This document shows positions 13,115-29,660 of a DNA stretch of 64,000 bases, one piece after another. The DNA comes from Eledone cirrhosa (Eukaryota). The translations under genes were made by a program, and so were the position numbers. Position 1 is the stretch's first letter; every line of letters starts with the position of its first letter. The stretch spans positions 210,800,001 through 210,864,000 of the forward strand of contig OZ024743.1 in assembly GCA_964016885.1 (NCBI GenBank). The letters run 5' to 3'. The notes under the pieces are model-generated. The model searched no databases, was not told the origin of the DNA, and saw only the letters and a program-made list of their open reading frames with translations.

Positions 13115-16100
13115 ATGAAAGCTCTTCACTCCATAAGATATACCACAGTTTAAAATCCTGTAGCCAGATGAAAGCTCTTCACCCCATAAGATATACCACA
13201 CTTTACCATCCTATAGCCAGATGAAAGCTCTTCACTCCATAAGATATACCACAGTTTACCATCCTATAGCCACACATGAAAGCTCTTCACTCCATAAGAT
13301 ATAACACAGTTTACCATCCTATAGCCACACATGAAAGCTCTTCACTCCATAAGATATACCACAGTTTACCACCCTATAGCCACAGATGAAAGCTCTTCAC
13401 TCCATAAGATATACCACAGTTTACCATCCTATGGCCACACATGAAAGCTTTTCACCCATAAGATATACCACAGTTTACCATCCTAGAGCCAGATGAAAGC
13501 TCTTCACTCCATAAGATATACCACAGTTTACCATCCTATAGCCACACATGAAAGCTCTTCACTCCATAAGATATACCACAGTTTACCATCCTGTAGCCAG
13601 ATGAAAGCTCTTCACTCCATAAGATATACCACAGTTTACCATCCTATAGCCACAGATGAAACTCTTCATTCCCTAAGTTATACTGCAGTTTACCATCCTA
13701 TAGCCACACATGAAATCTCTTCACTACATAAGATATACCACAGTTTACCATCCTATAGCCAGATGAAAGCTCTTCACTCCATAAGATATACCACAGTCTA
13801 CTATCCTATTGCCACACATGAAAGCTCTTCACTCCATAAGATATACCACAGTTTACCATCCTATAGCCAGATGAAAGCTCTTCACTCCATAAGATATACC
13901 ACAGTTTACCATCCTATAGCCACAGATGAAAGCTCTTCACTCCATAACATATACCACAGTTTACCACCCTATAGCCAGATGAAAGATCTTCACTCCATAA
14001 GATATACGAATTTACCATCCTATAGCCACAGATGAAAGCTCTTCACTCCATCAGATATACCACAGTTTACCATCCTATAGCCACAGATGGAAGCTCTTCA
14101 CTCCATAAGATATACCACAGTTTACCATCCTATAGCCACACATGAAAGCTCTTCACTCCATAAGATATACCACAGTTTACCATCATATAGTCATGGATGA
14201 ATGCTCTTCACTCCATAAGATATACCACAGTTTACAAATCCTATAGCCACAGATGAAAGCTCTTCACCCCATAAGATATACCACAGTTTAACATCCTAGA
14301 GCCAGATGAAAGCTCTTCACTCCATAAGATATACCACAGTTTACCATCCTATAGCCACAGATGAAAGCTCTTCACTCCATAAGATATACCACAGTTTACC
14401 ATCCTATAGCCACACATGAAAGCTCTTCACCCCATAAGATATACCACAGTTTACCATCCTATGGCTACACATGAAAGCTCTTCACTCCATAAGATATACC
14501 ACAGTTTACCATCATATGGTCATACATGAAAGCTCTTCACTCCATAAGATATACCACAGTTTACCATCCTATAGTCACAGATGAAAGTTTTCACTCCATA
14601 AGATATACCACAGTTTACCATCCTATAGTCACAGATGAAAGCTCTTCACTCCATAAGATATACCACAGTTTACCATCCTAAACCCAGATGAAAGCTCTTC
14701 ACTCCATAAGATATACCACAGTTTACCATCCTATAGCCACAGATGAAAGCTCTTCACTCCATAAGATATACCAGAGTTTACCATCCTATAGCCACAGATG
14801 AAAGCTCTTCACTCCATAAGATATACCACAGTTTACCATCCTATGGCCACACATGAAAGCTCTTCACCCATAAGATATACCACAGTTTACCATCCAATAG
14901 CCACACATGAAAGCTCTTCACTCCATAAGATATACCACAGTTTACCATCCTATAGCCACACATGAAATCTCTTCACTACATAAGATATACCACAGTTTAC
15001 CATCCTATACCCAGATGAAAGCTCTTCACTCCATCAGATATACCACAGTTTACCATCCTATGGCCACACATGAAAGCTCTTCACCCCATAAGATATACCA
15101 CAGTTTACCATCCTATGGCCACACATGAAAGCTCTTCACCCTATAAGATATACCACAGTTTACCATCCTATACCCAGATGAAAGCTCTTCACTCCATCAG
15201 ATATACCACAGTTTACCATCCTATGGCCACACATGAAAGCTCTTCACCCCATAAGATATACCACAGTTTACCATCCTATGGCCACACATGAAAGCTCTTC
15301 ACCCCATAAGATATACCACAGTTTACCATCCTATAGCCACACATGAAAGCTCTTTAACCCATAAGATATACCACAGTTTACCATCTTATAGCCAGATGAA
15401 AGCTCTTCACTCCAGAAGATATACCACAGTGTACCATCCTATAGCCACACATGAAAGCTCTTCACTCCATAGGATATACCACAGTTTACCATCCTATAGC
15501 CACACATGAAAGCTCTTCACTCCATAAGATATACCACATTTTACCATCCTATAGCCACACATGAAAGCTCTTCACTCCATAAGATATACCACAGTTTACC
15601 ATCCTATAGCCACAGATGAAAGCTCTTCACTCCATAAGATATACCACAGTTTACCATCCTATGGCCACACATGAAAGCTCTTCACCCATAAGATATACCA
15701 CAGTTTACCATCCTTTCGCAAGATGAAAGCTCTTCACTCCATAAGATATACCACAGTTTACCATCCTATAGCCACACATGAAAGCTCTTCACTCCATAAG
15801 ATATACCACAGTTTACCATCCTATAGCCACACATGAAAGCTCTTCACTACATAAGATATACCACAGTTTACCATCCTGTAGCCAGATGAAAGCTCTTCAA
15901 TCCATAAGATATACCACAGATTACCATCCTATAGCCACACATGAAAGCTCTTCACTCCATAAGATATACCAAAGTTTACCATCCTATAGCCACAGATGAA
16001 AGCTCTTCACTCCATAAGATATACCAGTTTACCATCCTAAAGCCACAGATGAAAGCACTTCACTCCATAAGATATACCACAGTTCACCACCCTATAGCCA

Positions 16101-19100
16101 GATGAAAGCTCTTCACTCCATAAGATATACCACAGTTTACCATCCTATAGCCACACATGAAAGCTCTTCACTCCATAAGATATACCACAGTTTAACATCC
16201 TATAGCCACACATGAAAGCTCTTCACTCCATAAGATATACCACAGTTTACCATCCTGTAGTAAGATGAAAGCTCTTCACACCATAAGATATACCACAGTT
16301 TACCATCCTATAGCCACAGATGAGAGCTCTTCACTCCATAAGATATACCACAGTTTACCATCCTATGGCCACACATGAAAGCCCTTCACCCCATAAGATA
16401 TAGCACAGTTTACCAGCCTATAGCCAAGGATGAATGCTCTTCACTCCATAAGATATACCACAGTTTACCATCCTATAGCCACAGATGAAGGCTCTTCACC
16501 CCATAAGATATACCACAGTTTACCATCCTAGAGCCAGATGAAAGCTCTTCACTCCATAAGATATACCACAGTTTACCATCCTATAGCCACACATGAAAGC
16601 TCTTCACTCCATAAGATATACCACAGTTTACCATCCTATAGCCACACATGAGAGCTCTTCACTCCATAAGATATACCACAGTTTACCATCCTATGGCCAC
16701 ACATGAAAGCCCTTCACCCCATAAGACATACCACAGTTTACCATCCTATGGCCATACATGAAAGCTCTTCACCCCATAAGATATACCACACTTTACCATC
16801 CTATAGCCAGATGAAAGCTCTTCACTCCATACGATATACCAGAGTTTACCATCCTATAGCCACAGATGAAAGCTCTTCATTCCATAAGATATACCACAGT
16901 TTACCATCCTATGGCCACACATGAAACCTCTTCACCCATAAGATATACCACAGTTTACCATCCTGTAGCCAGATGAAAGCTCTTCACTCCATAAGATATA
17001 CCACAGTTTACCATCCTATAGCCACACATGAAAGCTCTTCACTCCATAAGATATACCACAGTTTACCATCCTATAGCCACACATGAAAGCTTTTCACTCC
17101 ATAAGATATACCACGGTTTACCATCATATAACCACGGATGAATGCTCTTCACTCCATAAGATATACCACAGTTTACCATCCTATAGCCACAGATAAAATC
17201 TCTTCACCCCATAAGATATACCACAGTTTACCATCCTATAGCCAGATGAAAGCTCTTCACTCCATAAGATATACCACAGTTTACCATCCTATAGTCACAG
17301 ATCAAAGCTCTTCACTCCATAAGATATACCACAGTTTACCATCCTATACCCAGATGAAAGCTCTTCACTCCATCAGATATACCACAGTTTACCATCCTAT
17401 GGCCACACATGAAAGCTCTTCACCCCATAAGATATACCACAGTTTACCATCCTATCGCCACACATGAAAGCTCTACACTCCATAAGATATACCACAGTTT
17501 ACCATCCTATAACCACACATGAAAGCTCTTTAACCCATAAGATATACCAGTTTACCATCATATAGCCACAGATGAAAGCTCTTCACTCCATAAGATATAC
17601 CACAGTTTACCAACCTATAGCCAGATGAAAGCTCTTCACTCCATAAGATATACGAGTTTACCATCCTATAGCCACAGATGAAAGCACTTCACTCCATCAG
17701 ATATACCAAAGTTTACCATCCTATAGCCACAGATGAAAGCTCTTCACTCCATAAGATATACCAGTTTACCATCCTAAAGCCACAGATGAAAGCACTTCAC
17801 TCCATAAGATATACCACAGTTGACCACCCTATAGCCAGATGAAAGCTCTTCACTCCATAAGATATACCACAGTTTACCATCCTATAGCCACACATGAAAG
17901 CTCTTCACTCCATAAGATATACCACAGTTTACCATCCTAGAGCCAGATGAAAGCTCTTCACTCCATAAGATATACCACAGTTTACCATCCTATAGCCACA
18001 GATGAAAGCTCTTCACTCCATAAGATATACCACAGTTTACCATCCTATAGCCACACATGAAAGCTCTTCACTCCATAAGATATACCACAGTTTACCATCA
18101 TATGGCCATACATGAAAGCTCTTCACTCCATAAGATATACCACAGTTTACCATCATATAGCCACAGATGAAAGCTCTTCACTCCATAAGATATACCACAG
18201 TTTACCATCCTATAGTCACAGATGAAAGCTCTTCACTCCATAAGATATACCACAGTTTACCATCCTATACCCAGATGAAAGCTCTTCACTCTATAAGATA
18301 TACCTCAGTTTACCAACCTATAGCCACTGATGAAACTCTTCACTCCATAAGATATACCACAGTTTAAAATCCTGTAGCCAGATGAAAGCTCTTCACCCCA
18401 TAAGATATACCACACTTTACCATCCTATAGCCAGATGAAAGCTCTTCACTCCATAAGATATACCACAGTTTACCATCCTATGGCCACACATGAAAGCTCT
18501 TCACCCATAAGATATACCACAGTTTACCATCCTATAGCCACACATGAAATCTCTTCACTACATAAGATATACCACAGTTTACCATCCTGTAGCCAGATGA
18601 AAGCTCTTCACTCCATAAGATATATCACAGTTTACCATCCTATAGCCACACATGAAAGCTCTTCACTCCAGAAGATATACCACAGTTTACCATCCTATAG
18701 CCACAGATGAAACTCTTCACTCCATAAGTTATACCGCAGTTTACCATCCTATAGCCAGATGAAAGCTCTTCACTCCATAAGATATACCGCAGTCTACTAT
18801 CCTATTGCCACACATGAAAGCTCTTCACTCCATAAGATATACCACAGTTTACCATCCTATAGCCAGATGAAAGCTCTTCACACCATAAGATATACCACAG
18901 TTTACAATCCTATAGCCACAGATGAAAGCTCTTCACTCCATAACATATACCACAGTTTACCACCCTATAGCCAGATGAAAGCTCTTCACTCCATAAGATA
19001 TACGAATTTACCATCCTATAACCACAGATGAAAGCTCTTCACTCCATCAGATATACCACAATTTAACATCCTATAGACACAGATGAAAGCTCTTCACTCC

Positions 19101-19679
19101 ATAAGATATACCACAGTTTACCACCCTATAGCCAGATGAAATCTATTCACTCCATAAGATATACCACAGTTTCCCATCCTATAGCCACACATGAAAGCTC
19201 TTCACTCCATAAGATATACCACAGTTTACCATCATATAGCAATGGATGAATGCTCTTCACTCCATAAGATATACCACAGTTTACCATCCTATAGCCACAG
19301 ATAAAAGCTCTTCACCCCATAAGATATACCACAGTTTACCATCCTATACCCAGATGAAAGCTTTTCACTCCATCAGATATACCACAGTTTACCATCCTAT
19401 GGCCACACATGAAAGCTCTTCACCCCATAATATATACCACAGTTTACCATCCTATGGCCACACATGAAAGCTCTTCACTCCATAAGATATACCACAGTTT
19501 ACGATCCTATAGCCACAGATGAAAGCTCTTCACCCCATAAGATATACCACAGTTTACCATCCTATAGCCACACATGAAAGCTCTTCACTCCATAGGATAT
19601 ACCACAGTTTACCATCCTATAGCCACACATGAAAGCTCTTCACTCCATAAGATATACCACAGTTTACCATCCTATAGCC

Positions 19680-21440
19680 ACACATGAAAGCTCTTCACTC
19701 CATAAGATATACCATAGTTTACCATCCTATAGCCACACATGAAAGCTCTTCACTCCATAAGATATACCACAGTTTACCATCCTATAGCCACACATGAAAG
19801 CTCTTCACTCCATAAGATATACCACAGTTTACCATGCTATAGCCACAGATGAAAGCTCTTCACTCCATAAGATATACCACAGTTTACCATCCTATGGTCA
19901 CACATGAAAGCTCTTCACCCCATAAGATATACCACAGTTTACCATCATATGGCCACACATGAAAGCTCTTCACTCCATAATATATACCACAGTTTACCAT
20001 CCTATGGCCACACGTGAAAGCTCTTCACCCCATAAGATATACCACACTTTACCATCCTATAGCCAGATGAAAGCTCTTCACTCCATAAGATATACCACAG
20101 TTTACCATCCTATAGCCACAGATGAAAGCTCTTCACTCCATAAGATATACCACAGTTTACCACCCTATAGCCAGATGAAAGCTCTTCACTCCATAAGATA
20201 TACGAATTTACCATCCTATAACCACAGATGAAAGCTCTTCACTCCATCAGATATACCACAGTTTACCATCCTAAAGCCACAGATGAAAGCACTTCACTCC
20301 ATAAGATATACCACAGTTCACCACCCTATAGCCAGATGAAAGCTCTTCACTCCATAAGATATACCACAGTTTACCATCCTATAGTCACACATGAAAGCTC
20401 TTCACTCCATAAGATATACCACAGCTTACCATCCTAGAGCCCGATGAAAGCTCTTCACTCCATAAGATATACCACAGTTTACCATCCTATAGCCACAGAT
20501 GAAAGCTCTTCACTCCATAAGATATACCACAGTTTACCATCCTATAGCCACACATGAAAGCTCTTCACTCCATAAGATATACCATAGTTTACCATCCTAT
20601 AGCCACACATGAAAGCTCTTCACTCCATAAGATATACCACAGTTTACCATCCTATAGCCACAGATGAAAGCTCTTCACTCCATAAGATATACCACAGTTT
20701 ACCATCCTATGGTCACACATGAAAGCTCTTCACCCCATAAGATATACCACAGTTTACCATCATATGGCCACACATGAAAGCTCTTCACTCCATAATATAT
20801 ACCACAGTTTACCATCCTATGGCCACACGTGAAAGCTCTTCACCCCATAAGATATACCACACTTTACCATCCTATAGCCAGATGAAAGCTCTTCACTCCA
20901 TAAGATATACCAGAGTTTACCATCCTATAGCCACAGATGAAAGCTCTTCACTCCATAAGATATACCACAGTTTACCATCCTATAGCCACAGATGAAAGCT
21001 CTTCACTCCATAACATATACCACAGTTTACCACCCTATAGCCAGATGAAAGCTCTTCACTCCATAAGATATACGAATTTACCATCCTATAACCACAGATG
21101 AAAGCTCTTCACTCAATCAGATATACCACAGTTTACCATCCTAAAGCCACAGATGAAAGCACTTCACTCCATAAGATATACCACAGTTCACCACCCTATA
21201 GCCAGATGAAAGCTCTTCACTCCATAAGATATACCACAGTTTACCATCCTATAGCCACACATGAAAGCTCTTCACTCCATAAGATATACCACAGTTTACC
21301 ATCCTAGAGCCCGATGAAAGCTCTTCACTCCATAAGATATACCACAGTTTACCATCCTATAGCCACAGATGAAAGCTCTTCACTCCATAAGATATACCAC
21401 AGTTTACCATCCTATAGCCACACATGAAAGCTCTTCACTC
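19680..21440. repeat. Tandem duplication, offset 815 then 870 bp (one extra 55-mer in the second copy)
   Basis: CACGTG variant at 20011 and 20826. GAGCCCGATG variant with CCGATG at 20441 and 21311. ORF pairs 19959/20774 and 20228/21098. Confidence 0.88.
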
Positions 21441-24400
21441 CATAAGATATACCACAGTTTACCATCCTATAGCCACACATGAGAGCTCTTCACTCCATAA
21501 GATATACCACAGTTTACCATCATATGGCCATACATAAAAGCTCTTCACTCCATAAGATATACCACAGTTTACCATCATATAGCCACAGATGAAAGCTCTT
21601 CACTCCATAAGATATACCACAGTTTACCATCCTATACCCAGATGAAAGCTCTTCACTCTATAAGATATACCTCAGTTTACCAACCTATAGCCACACATGA
21701 AAGCTCTTCACCCACAAGATATACCACAGTTTACCATCCTAGAGCCAGATGAAAGATCTTCACTCCATAAGATATACCACAGTTTACCATCCTATAGCCA
21801 CACATGAAAGCTCTTCACTCCAGAAGATATACCACAGTTTACCATCCTATAGCCACACATGAAATCTCTTCACTACATAAGATATACCACAGTTTACCAT
21901 CCTATAGCCACACATGAAAGTTCTTCACTCCATAACATATACCACAGTTTACCATCCTATAGCCACAGATGAAACTCTTCACTCCATAAGTTATACCACA
22001 GTTTAAAATCCTGTAGCCAGATGAAAGCTCTTCACCCCATAAGATATACCACACTTTACCATCCTATAGCCAGATGAAAGCTCTTCACTCCATAAGATAT
22101 ACCACAGTTTACCATCCTATGGCCACACATGAAAGCTCTTCACCCACAAGATATACCACAGTTTACCATCCTAGAGCCAGATGAAAGATCTTCACTCCAT
22201 AAGATATACCACAGTTTACCATCCTATAGCCACACATGAAAGCTCTTCACTCCAGAAGATATACCACAGTTTACCATCCTATAGCCACACATGAAATCTC
22301 TTCACTACATAAGATATACCACAGTTTACCATCCTGTAGCCAGATGAAAGCTCTTCACTCCATAAGATATATCACAGTTTACCATCCTATAGCCACAGAT
22401 GAAACTCTTCACTCCATAAGTTATACCGCAGTTTACCATCCTATAGCCAGATGAAAGCTCTTCACTCCATAAGATATACCGCAGTCTACTATCCTATTGC
22501 CACACATGAAAGCTCTTCACTCCATAAGATATACGACAGTTTACCATCCTATAGCCAGATGAAAGCTCTTCACACCATAAGATATACCACAGTTTACCAT
22601 CCTATAGCCACAGATGAAAGCTCTTCACTCCATTACATATACCACAGTTTACCACCCTATAGCCAGACGAAAGCTCTTCACTCCATAAGATATACGAATT
22701 TACCATCCTATAACCACAGATGAAAGCTCTTCACTCCATCAGATATACCACAATTTACCATCCTATAGACACAGATGAAAGCTCTTCACTCCATAAGATA
22801 TACCAGTTTACTATCCTAAAGCCACAGATGAAAGCTCTTCACTCCATAAGATATACCACAGTTTACCACCCTATAGCCAGATGGAATCTCTTCACTCCAT
22901 AATATATACCACAGTTTCCCATCCTATAGCCACACATGAAAGCTTTTCACTCGATAAGATATACCACAGTTTACCATCATATAGCCACGGATGAATGCTC
23001 TTCACTCCATAAGATATACCACAGTTTCCCATCCTATAGTCACACATGAAAGCTCTTCACTCCATAAGATATACCACAGTTTAACATCATATAGCAATGG
23101 ATGAATGCTCTTCACTCCATAAGATATACCACAGTTTACCATCCTATAGCCACAGATAAAAGCTCTTCACCCCATAAGATATACCACAGTTTACCATCCT
23201 ATAGCCAGATGAAAGCTCTTCACTCCATAAGATATACCACAGTTTACCATCCTATACCCAGATGAAAGCTTTTCACTCCATCAGATATACCACAGTTTAC
23301 CATCCTATACCCAGATGAAAGCTTTTCACTCCATCAGATATACCACAGTTTACCATCCTATGGCCACACATGAAAGCTCTTCACCCCATAAGATATACCA
23401 CAGTTTACCATCCTATGGCCACACATGAAAGCTCTTCACTCCATAAGATATACCACAGTTTACGATCCTATAGCCACAGATGAAAGCTCTTCACCCCATA
23501 AGATATACCACAGTTTACCATCCTATAGCCACACATGAAAGCTCTTCACTCCATAGGATATACCACAGTTTACCATCCTATAGCCACACATGAAAGCTCT
23601 TCACTCCATAAGATATACCATAGTTTACCATCCTATAGCCACACATGAAAGCTCTTCACTCCATAAGATATACCACAGTTTACCATCCTATAGCCACACA
23701 TGAAAGCTCTTCACTCCATAAGATATACCACAGTTTACCATCCTATAGCCACAGATGAAAGCTCTTCACTCCATAAGATATACCACAGTTTACCATCCTA
23801 TGGTCACACATGAAAGCTCTTCACCCCATAAGATATACCACAGTTTACCATCATATGGCCACACATGAAAGCTCTTCACTCCATAATATATACCACAGTT
23901 TACCATCCTATGGCCACACATGAAAGCTCTTCACCCCATAAGATATACCACACTTTACCATCCTATAGCCAGATGAAAGCTCTTCACTCCATAAGATATA
24001 CCAGAGTTTACCATCCTATAGCCACAGATGAAAGCTCTTCACTCCATAAGATATACCACAGTTTACCATCCTATAGCCACAGATGAAAGCTCTTCACTCC
24101 ATAACATATACCACAGTTTACCACCCTATAGCGAGATGAAAGCTCTTCACTCCATAAGATATACGAATTTACCATCCTATAACCACAGATGAAAGCTCTT
24201 CACTCCATCAGATATACCACAATTTACCATCCTATAGACACAGATGAAAGCTCTTCACTCCATAAGATATACCAGTTTACCATCCTAAAGCCACAGATGA
24301 AAGCACTTCACTCCATAAGATATACCACAGTTCACCACCCTATAGCCAGATGAAAGCTCTTCACTCCATAAGATATACCACAGTTTACCATCCTATAGCC

Positions 24401-25820
24401 ACACATGAAAGCTCTTCACTCCATAAGATATACCACAGTTTACCATCCTAGAGCCAGATGAAAGCTCTTCACTCCATAAGATATACCACAGTTTACCATC
24501 CTATAGCCACAGATGAAAGCTCTTCACTCCATAAGATATACCACAGTTTACCATCCTATAGCCACACATGAAAGCTCTTCACTCCATAAGATATACCACA
24601 GTTTACCATCCTATAGCCACACAGGAGAGCTCTTCACTCCATAAGATATACCACAGTTTACCATCATATGGCCATACATGAAAGCTCTTCACTCCATAAG
24701 ATATACCACAGTTTACCATCATATAGCCACAGATGAAAGCTCTTCACTCCATAAGATATACCACAGTTTACCATCCTATAGTCACAGATGAAAGCTCTTC
24801 ACTCCATAAGATATACCACAGTTTACCATCCTATACCCAGATGAAAGCTCTTCACTCTATAAGATATACCTCAGTTTACCAACCTATAGCCACTGATGAA
24901 ACTCTTCACTCCATAAGATATACCACAGTTTAAAATCCTGTAGCCAGATGAAAGCTCTTCACCCCATAAGATATACCACACTTTACCATCCTATAGCCAG
25001 ATGAAAGCTCTTCACTCCATAAGATATACCACAGTTTACCATCCTATGGCCACACATGAAAGCTCTTCACCCATAAGATATACCACAGTTTACCATCCTA
25101 TAGCCACACATGAAAGCTCTTCACCCCATAAGATATACCACAGTTTACCATCCTATAGCCACACATGAAAGCTCTTCACTCCATAACATATACCACAGTT
25201 TACCATCCTATAGCCACCCATGAAAGCTCTTCACTCCATAAGATATACCACAGTTTACCATCCTATAGCCAGATGAAAGATCTTCACTCCATAAGATATA
25301 CCACAGTTTACCATCCTATAGCCACACATGAAAGCTCTTCACTCCAGAAGATATACCACAGTTTACCATCCTATGGCCACACATGAAATCTCTTCACTAC
25401 ATAAGATATACCACAGTTTACCATCCTGTAGCCAGATGAAAGCTCTTCACTCCATAAGATATATCACAGTTTACCATCCTATAGCCACATATGAAACTCT
25501 TCACTCCATAAGTTATACCGCAGTTTACCATCCTATAGCCAGATGAAAGCTCTTCACTCCATAAGATATACCGCAGTCTACTATCCTATTGCCACACATG
25601 AAAGCTCTTCACTCCATAAGATATACCACAGTTTACCATCCTATAGCCAGATGAAAGCTCTTGACACCATAAGATATACCACAGTTTACCATCATATAGC
25701 CACAGATGAAAGCTCTTCACTCCATAACATATACCACAGTTTACCAACCTATAGCCAGATGAAAGCTCTTCACTCCATAAGATATACGAATTTACCATCC
25801 TATAACCACAGATGAAAGCT
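20700..25820. repeat. Higher-order recurrence with ~3092-bp offset
   Basis: Near-identical ORF pairs 20774/23865, 22236/25328 and 22451/25543 give offsets of 3091-3092. Confidence 0.75.
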
Positions 25821-27440
25821 CTTCACTCCATAAGATATACCACAGTTTAACATCCTATAGCCAGATGAAAGCTCTTCACTCCATAAGATATACCACAGTT
25901 TACCATCCTATAGCCACAGATGAAAGCTCTTCACTCCATAAGATATACCACAGTTTACCATCCTATAGCCACAGATGAAAGCTCTTCACTCCATAAGATA
26001 TACCACAGTTTACCATCCTATAGCCAGATGAAAGCTCTTCACTCCATAAGATATACCACAGTTTATCATCCGATACCCAGATGAAAGCTTTTCACTCCAT
26101 CAGATATACCACAGTTTACCATCATATGGCCACACATGAAAGCTCTTCACTCCATAAGATATACCACAGTTTACCATCCTATGGCCACACATGAAAGCTC
26201 TTCACCCCATAAGATATACCACACTTTACCATCCTATAGCCAGATGAAAGCTCTTCACTCCATAAGATATACCACAGTTTACCACCCTATAGCGAGATGA
26301 AAGCTCTTCACTCCATAAGATATACGAATTTACCATCCTATAACCACAGATGAAAGCTCTTCACTCCATCAGATATACCACAATTTACCATCCTATAGAC
26401 ACAGATGAAAGCTCTTCACTCCATAAGATATACCAGTTTACCATCCTAAAGCCACAGATGAAAGCACTTCACTCCATAAGATATACCACAGTTCACCACC
26501 CTATAGCCAGATGAAAGCTCTTCACTCCATAAGATATACCACAGTTTACCATCCTATAGCCACACATGAAAGCTCTTCACTCCATAAGATATACCACAGT
26601 TTACCATCCTAGAGCCAGATGAAAGCTCTTCACTCCATAAGATATACCACAGTTTACCATCCTATAGCCACAGATGAAAGCTCTTCACTCCATAAGATAT
26701 ACCACAGTTTACCATCCTATAGCCACACATGAAAGCTCTTCACTCCATAAGATATACCACAGTTTACCATCCTATAGCCACACAGGAGAGCTCTTCACTC
26801 CATAAGATATACCACAGTTTACCATCATATGGCCATACATGAAAGCTCTTCACTCCATAAGATATACCACAGTTTACCATCATATAGCCACAGATGAAAG
26901 CTCTTCACTCCATAACATATACCACAGTTTACCAACCTATAGCCAGATGAAAGCTCTTCACTCCATAAGATATACGAATTTACCATCCTATAACCACAGA
27001 TGAAAGCTCTTCACTCCATAAGATATACCACAGTTTAACATCCTATAGCCAGATGAAAGCTCTTCACTCCATAAGATATACCACAGTTTACCATCCTATA
27101 GCCACAGATGAAAGCTCTTCACTCCATAAGATATACCACAGTTTACCATCCTATAGCCACAGATGAAAGCTCTTCACTCCATAAGATATACCACAGTTTA
27201 CCATCCTATAGCCAGATGAAAGCTCTTCACTCCATAAGATATACCACAGTTTATCATCCGATACCCAGATGAAAGCTTTTCACTCCATCAGATATACCAC
27301 AGTTTACCATCATATGGCCACACATGAAAGCTCTTCACTCCATAAGATATACCACAGTTTACCATCCTATGGCCACACATGAAAGCTCTTCACCCCATAA
27401 GATATACCACACTTTACCATCCTATAGCCAGATGAAAGCT
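24100..27440. repeat. Overlapping duplications, offsets 2161 bp and 1188 bp
   Basis: GCGAGATG at 24131 and 26292, and ACAGGAGAG at 24621 and 26782 (offset 2161). CGATACCCAG at 26071 and 27259 (offset 1188). Confidence 0.85.
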
Positions 27441-29660
27441 CTTCACTCCATAAGATATACCAGAGTTTACCATCCTATAGCCACAGATGAAAGCTCTTCA
27501 CTCCATAAGATATACCACAGTTTACCATCCTATAGCCACAGATGAAAGCTCTTCACTCCATAACATATACCACAGTTTACCACCCTATAGCCAGATGAAA
27601 GCTCTTCACTCCATAAGATATACGAATTTACCATCCAATAACCACAGATGAAAGCTCTTCACTCCATCAGATATACCACAATTTACCATCCTATAGACAC
27701 AGATGAAAGCTCTTCACTCCATAAGATATACCAGTTTACTATCCTAAAGCCACAGATGAAAGCTCTTCACTCCATAAGATATACCACAGTTTACCACCCT
27801 ATAGCCAGATGAAATCTCTTCACTCCATAAGATATACCACAGTTTCCCATCCTATAGCCACACATGAAAGCTCTTCACTCCATAAGATATACCACAGTTT
27901 ACCATCATATAGCCACGGATGAATGCTCTTCACTCCATAAGATATACCACAGTTTCCCATCCTATAGTCACACCTGAAAGCTCTTCACTCCATAAGATAT
28001 ACCACAGTTTACCATCATATAGCAATGGATGAATGCTCTTCACTCCATAAGATATACCACAGTTTACCATCCTATAGCCACAGATAAAAGCTCTTCACCC
28101 CATAAGATATACCACAGTTTACCATCCTCTAGCCAGATGAAAGCTCTTCACTCCATAAGATATACCACAGTTTACCATCCTATACCCAGATGAAAGCTTT
28201 TCACTCCATCAGATATACCACAGTTTACCATCCTATGGCCACACAAGAAAGCTCTTCACTCCACAAGATATACCACAGTTTACGATCCTATAGCCACACA
28301 TGAAAGTTCTTCACTCCATAGGATATACCACAGTTTACCATCCTATAGCCACACATGAAAGCTCTTCACTCCAGAAGATATACCACAGTTTACCATCCTA
28401 TAGCCACACATGAAAGCTCTTCACTCCATAAGATATACCATAGTTTACCATCCTATAGCCACACATGAAAGCTCTTCACTCCATAAGATATACCACAGTT
28501 TACCATCCTATAGCCACACATGAAAGCTCTTCACTCCATAAGATATACCACAGTTTACCATCCTATAGCCACAGATGAAAGCTCTTCACTCCATAAGATA
28601 TACCACAGTTTACCATCCTATGGTCACACATGAAAGCTCCTCACCCCATAAGATATACCACAGTTTACCATCATATGGCCACACATGAAAGCTCTTCACT
28701 CCATAAGATATACCACAGTTTACCATCCTATGGGCACACATGAAAGCTCTTCACCCCATAAGATATACCACACTTTACCATCCTATAGCCAGATGAAAGC
28801 TCTGCACTCCATAAGATAAACCAGAGTTTACCATCCTATAGCCACAGATGAAAGCTCTTCACTCCATAAGATATTCCACAGTTTACCATCCTATGGCCAC
28901 ACATGAAAGCTCTTCACCCATAAGATATACCACAGTTTACCATCCTGTAGCCAGATGAAAGCTCTTCACTCCATAAGATATACCACAGTTTACCATCCTA
29001 TAGCCACACATGAAAGCTCTTCACTCCATAAGATATAGCACAGTTTACCATCCTATAGCCACACATGAAATCTCTTCACTACATAAGATATACCACAGTT
29101 TACCATCCTGTAGCCAGATGAAAGCTCTTCACTCCATAAGATATACCACAGTTTACCATCCTATAGCCACAGATGAAACTCTTCACTCCATAAGTTATAC
29201 CGCAGTTTACCATCCTATAGCCAGATGAAAGCTCTTCACTCCATAAGATATACCGCAGTCTACTATCCTATTGCCACACATGAAAGCTCTTCACTCCATC
29301 AGATATACCACAATTTACCATCCTATAGCCACACATAAAAGCTCTTCACTCCATAAGATATACCAGTTTACTATCCTAAAGCCACAGATGAAAGCTCTTC
29401 ACTCCATAAGATATACCACAGTTTACCACCCTATAGCCAGATGAAATCTCTTCACTCCATAAGATATACCACAGTTTCCCATCCTATAGCCACACATAAA
29501 AGCTCTTCACTCCATAAGATATACCACAGTTTACCATCATATAGCCACGGATGAATGCTCTTCACTCCATAAGATATACCACAGTTTCCCATCCTATAGT
29601 CACACATGAAAGCTCTTCACTCCATAAGATATACCACAGTTTACCATCATATAGTAACGG

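Noticed and set aside
13493-14035. Longest ORF (180 aa) as a possible repetitive protein gene
   Set aside because: It is a chance run of alternating 55/53/54-bp monomers. It has no unique domain or flanking gene context, and homologous blocks (10395-10882) are broken into separate frames.
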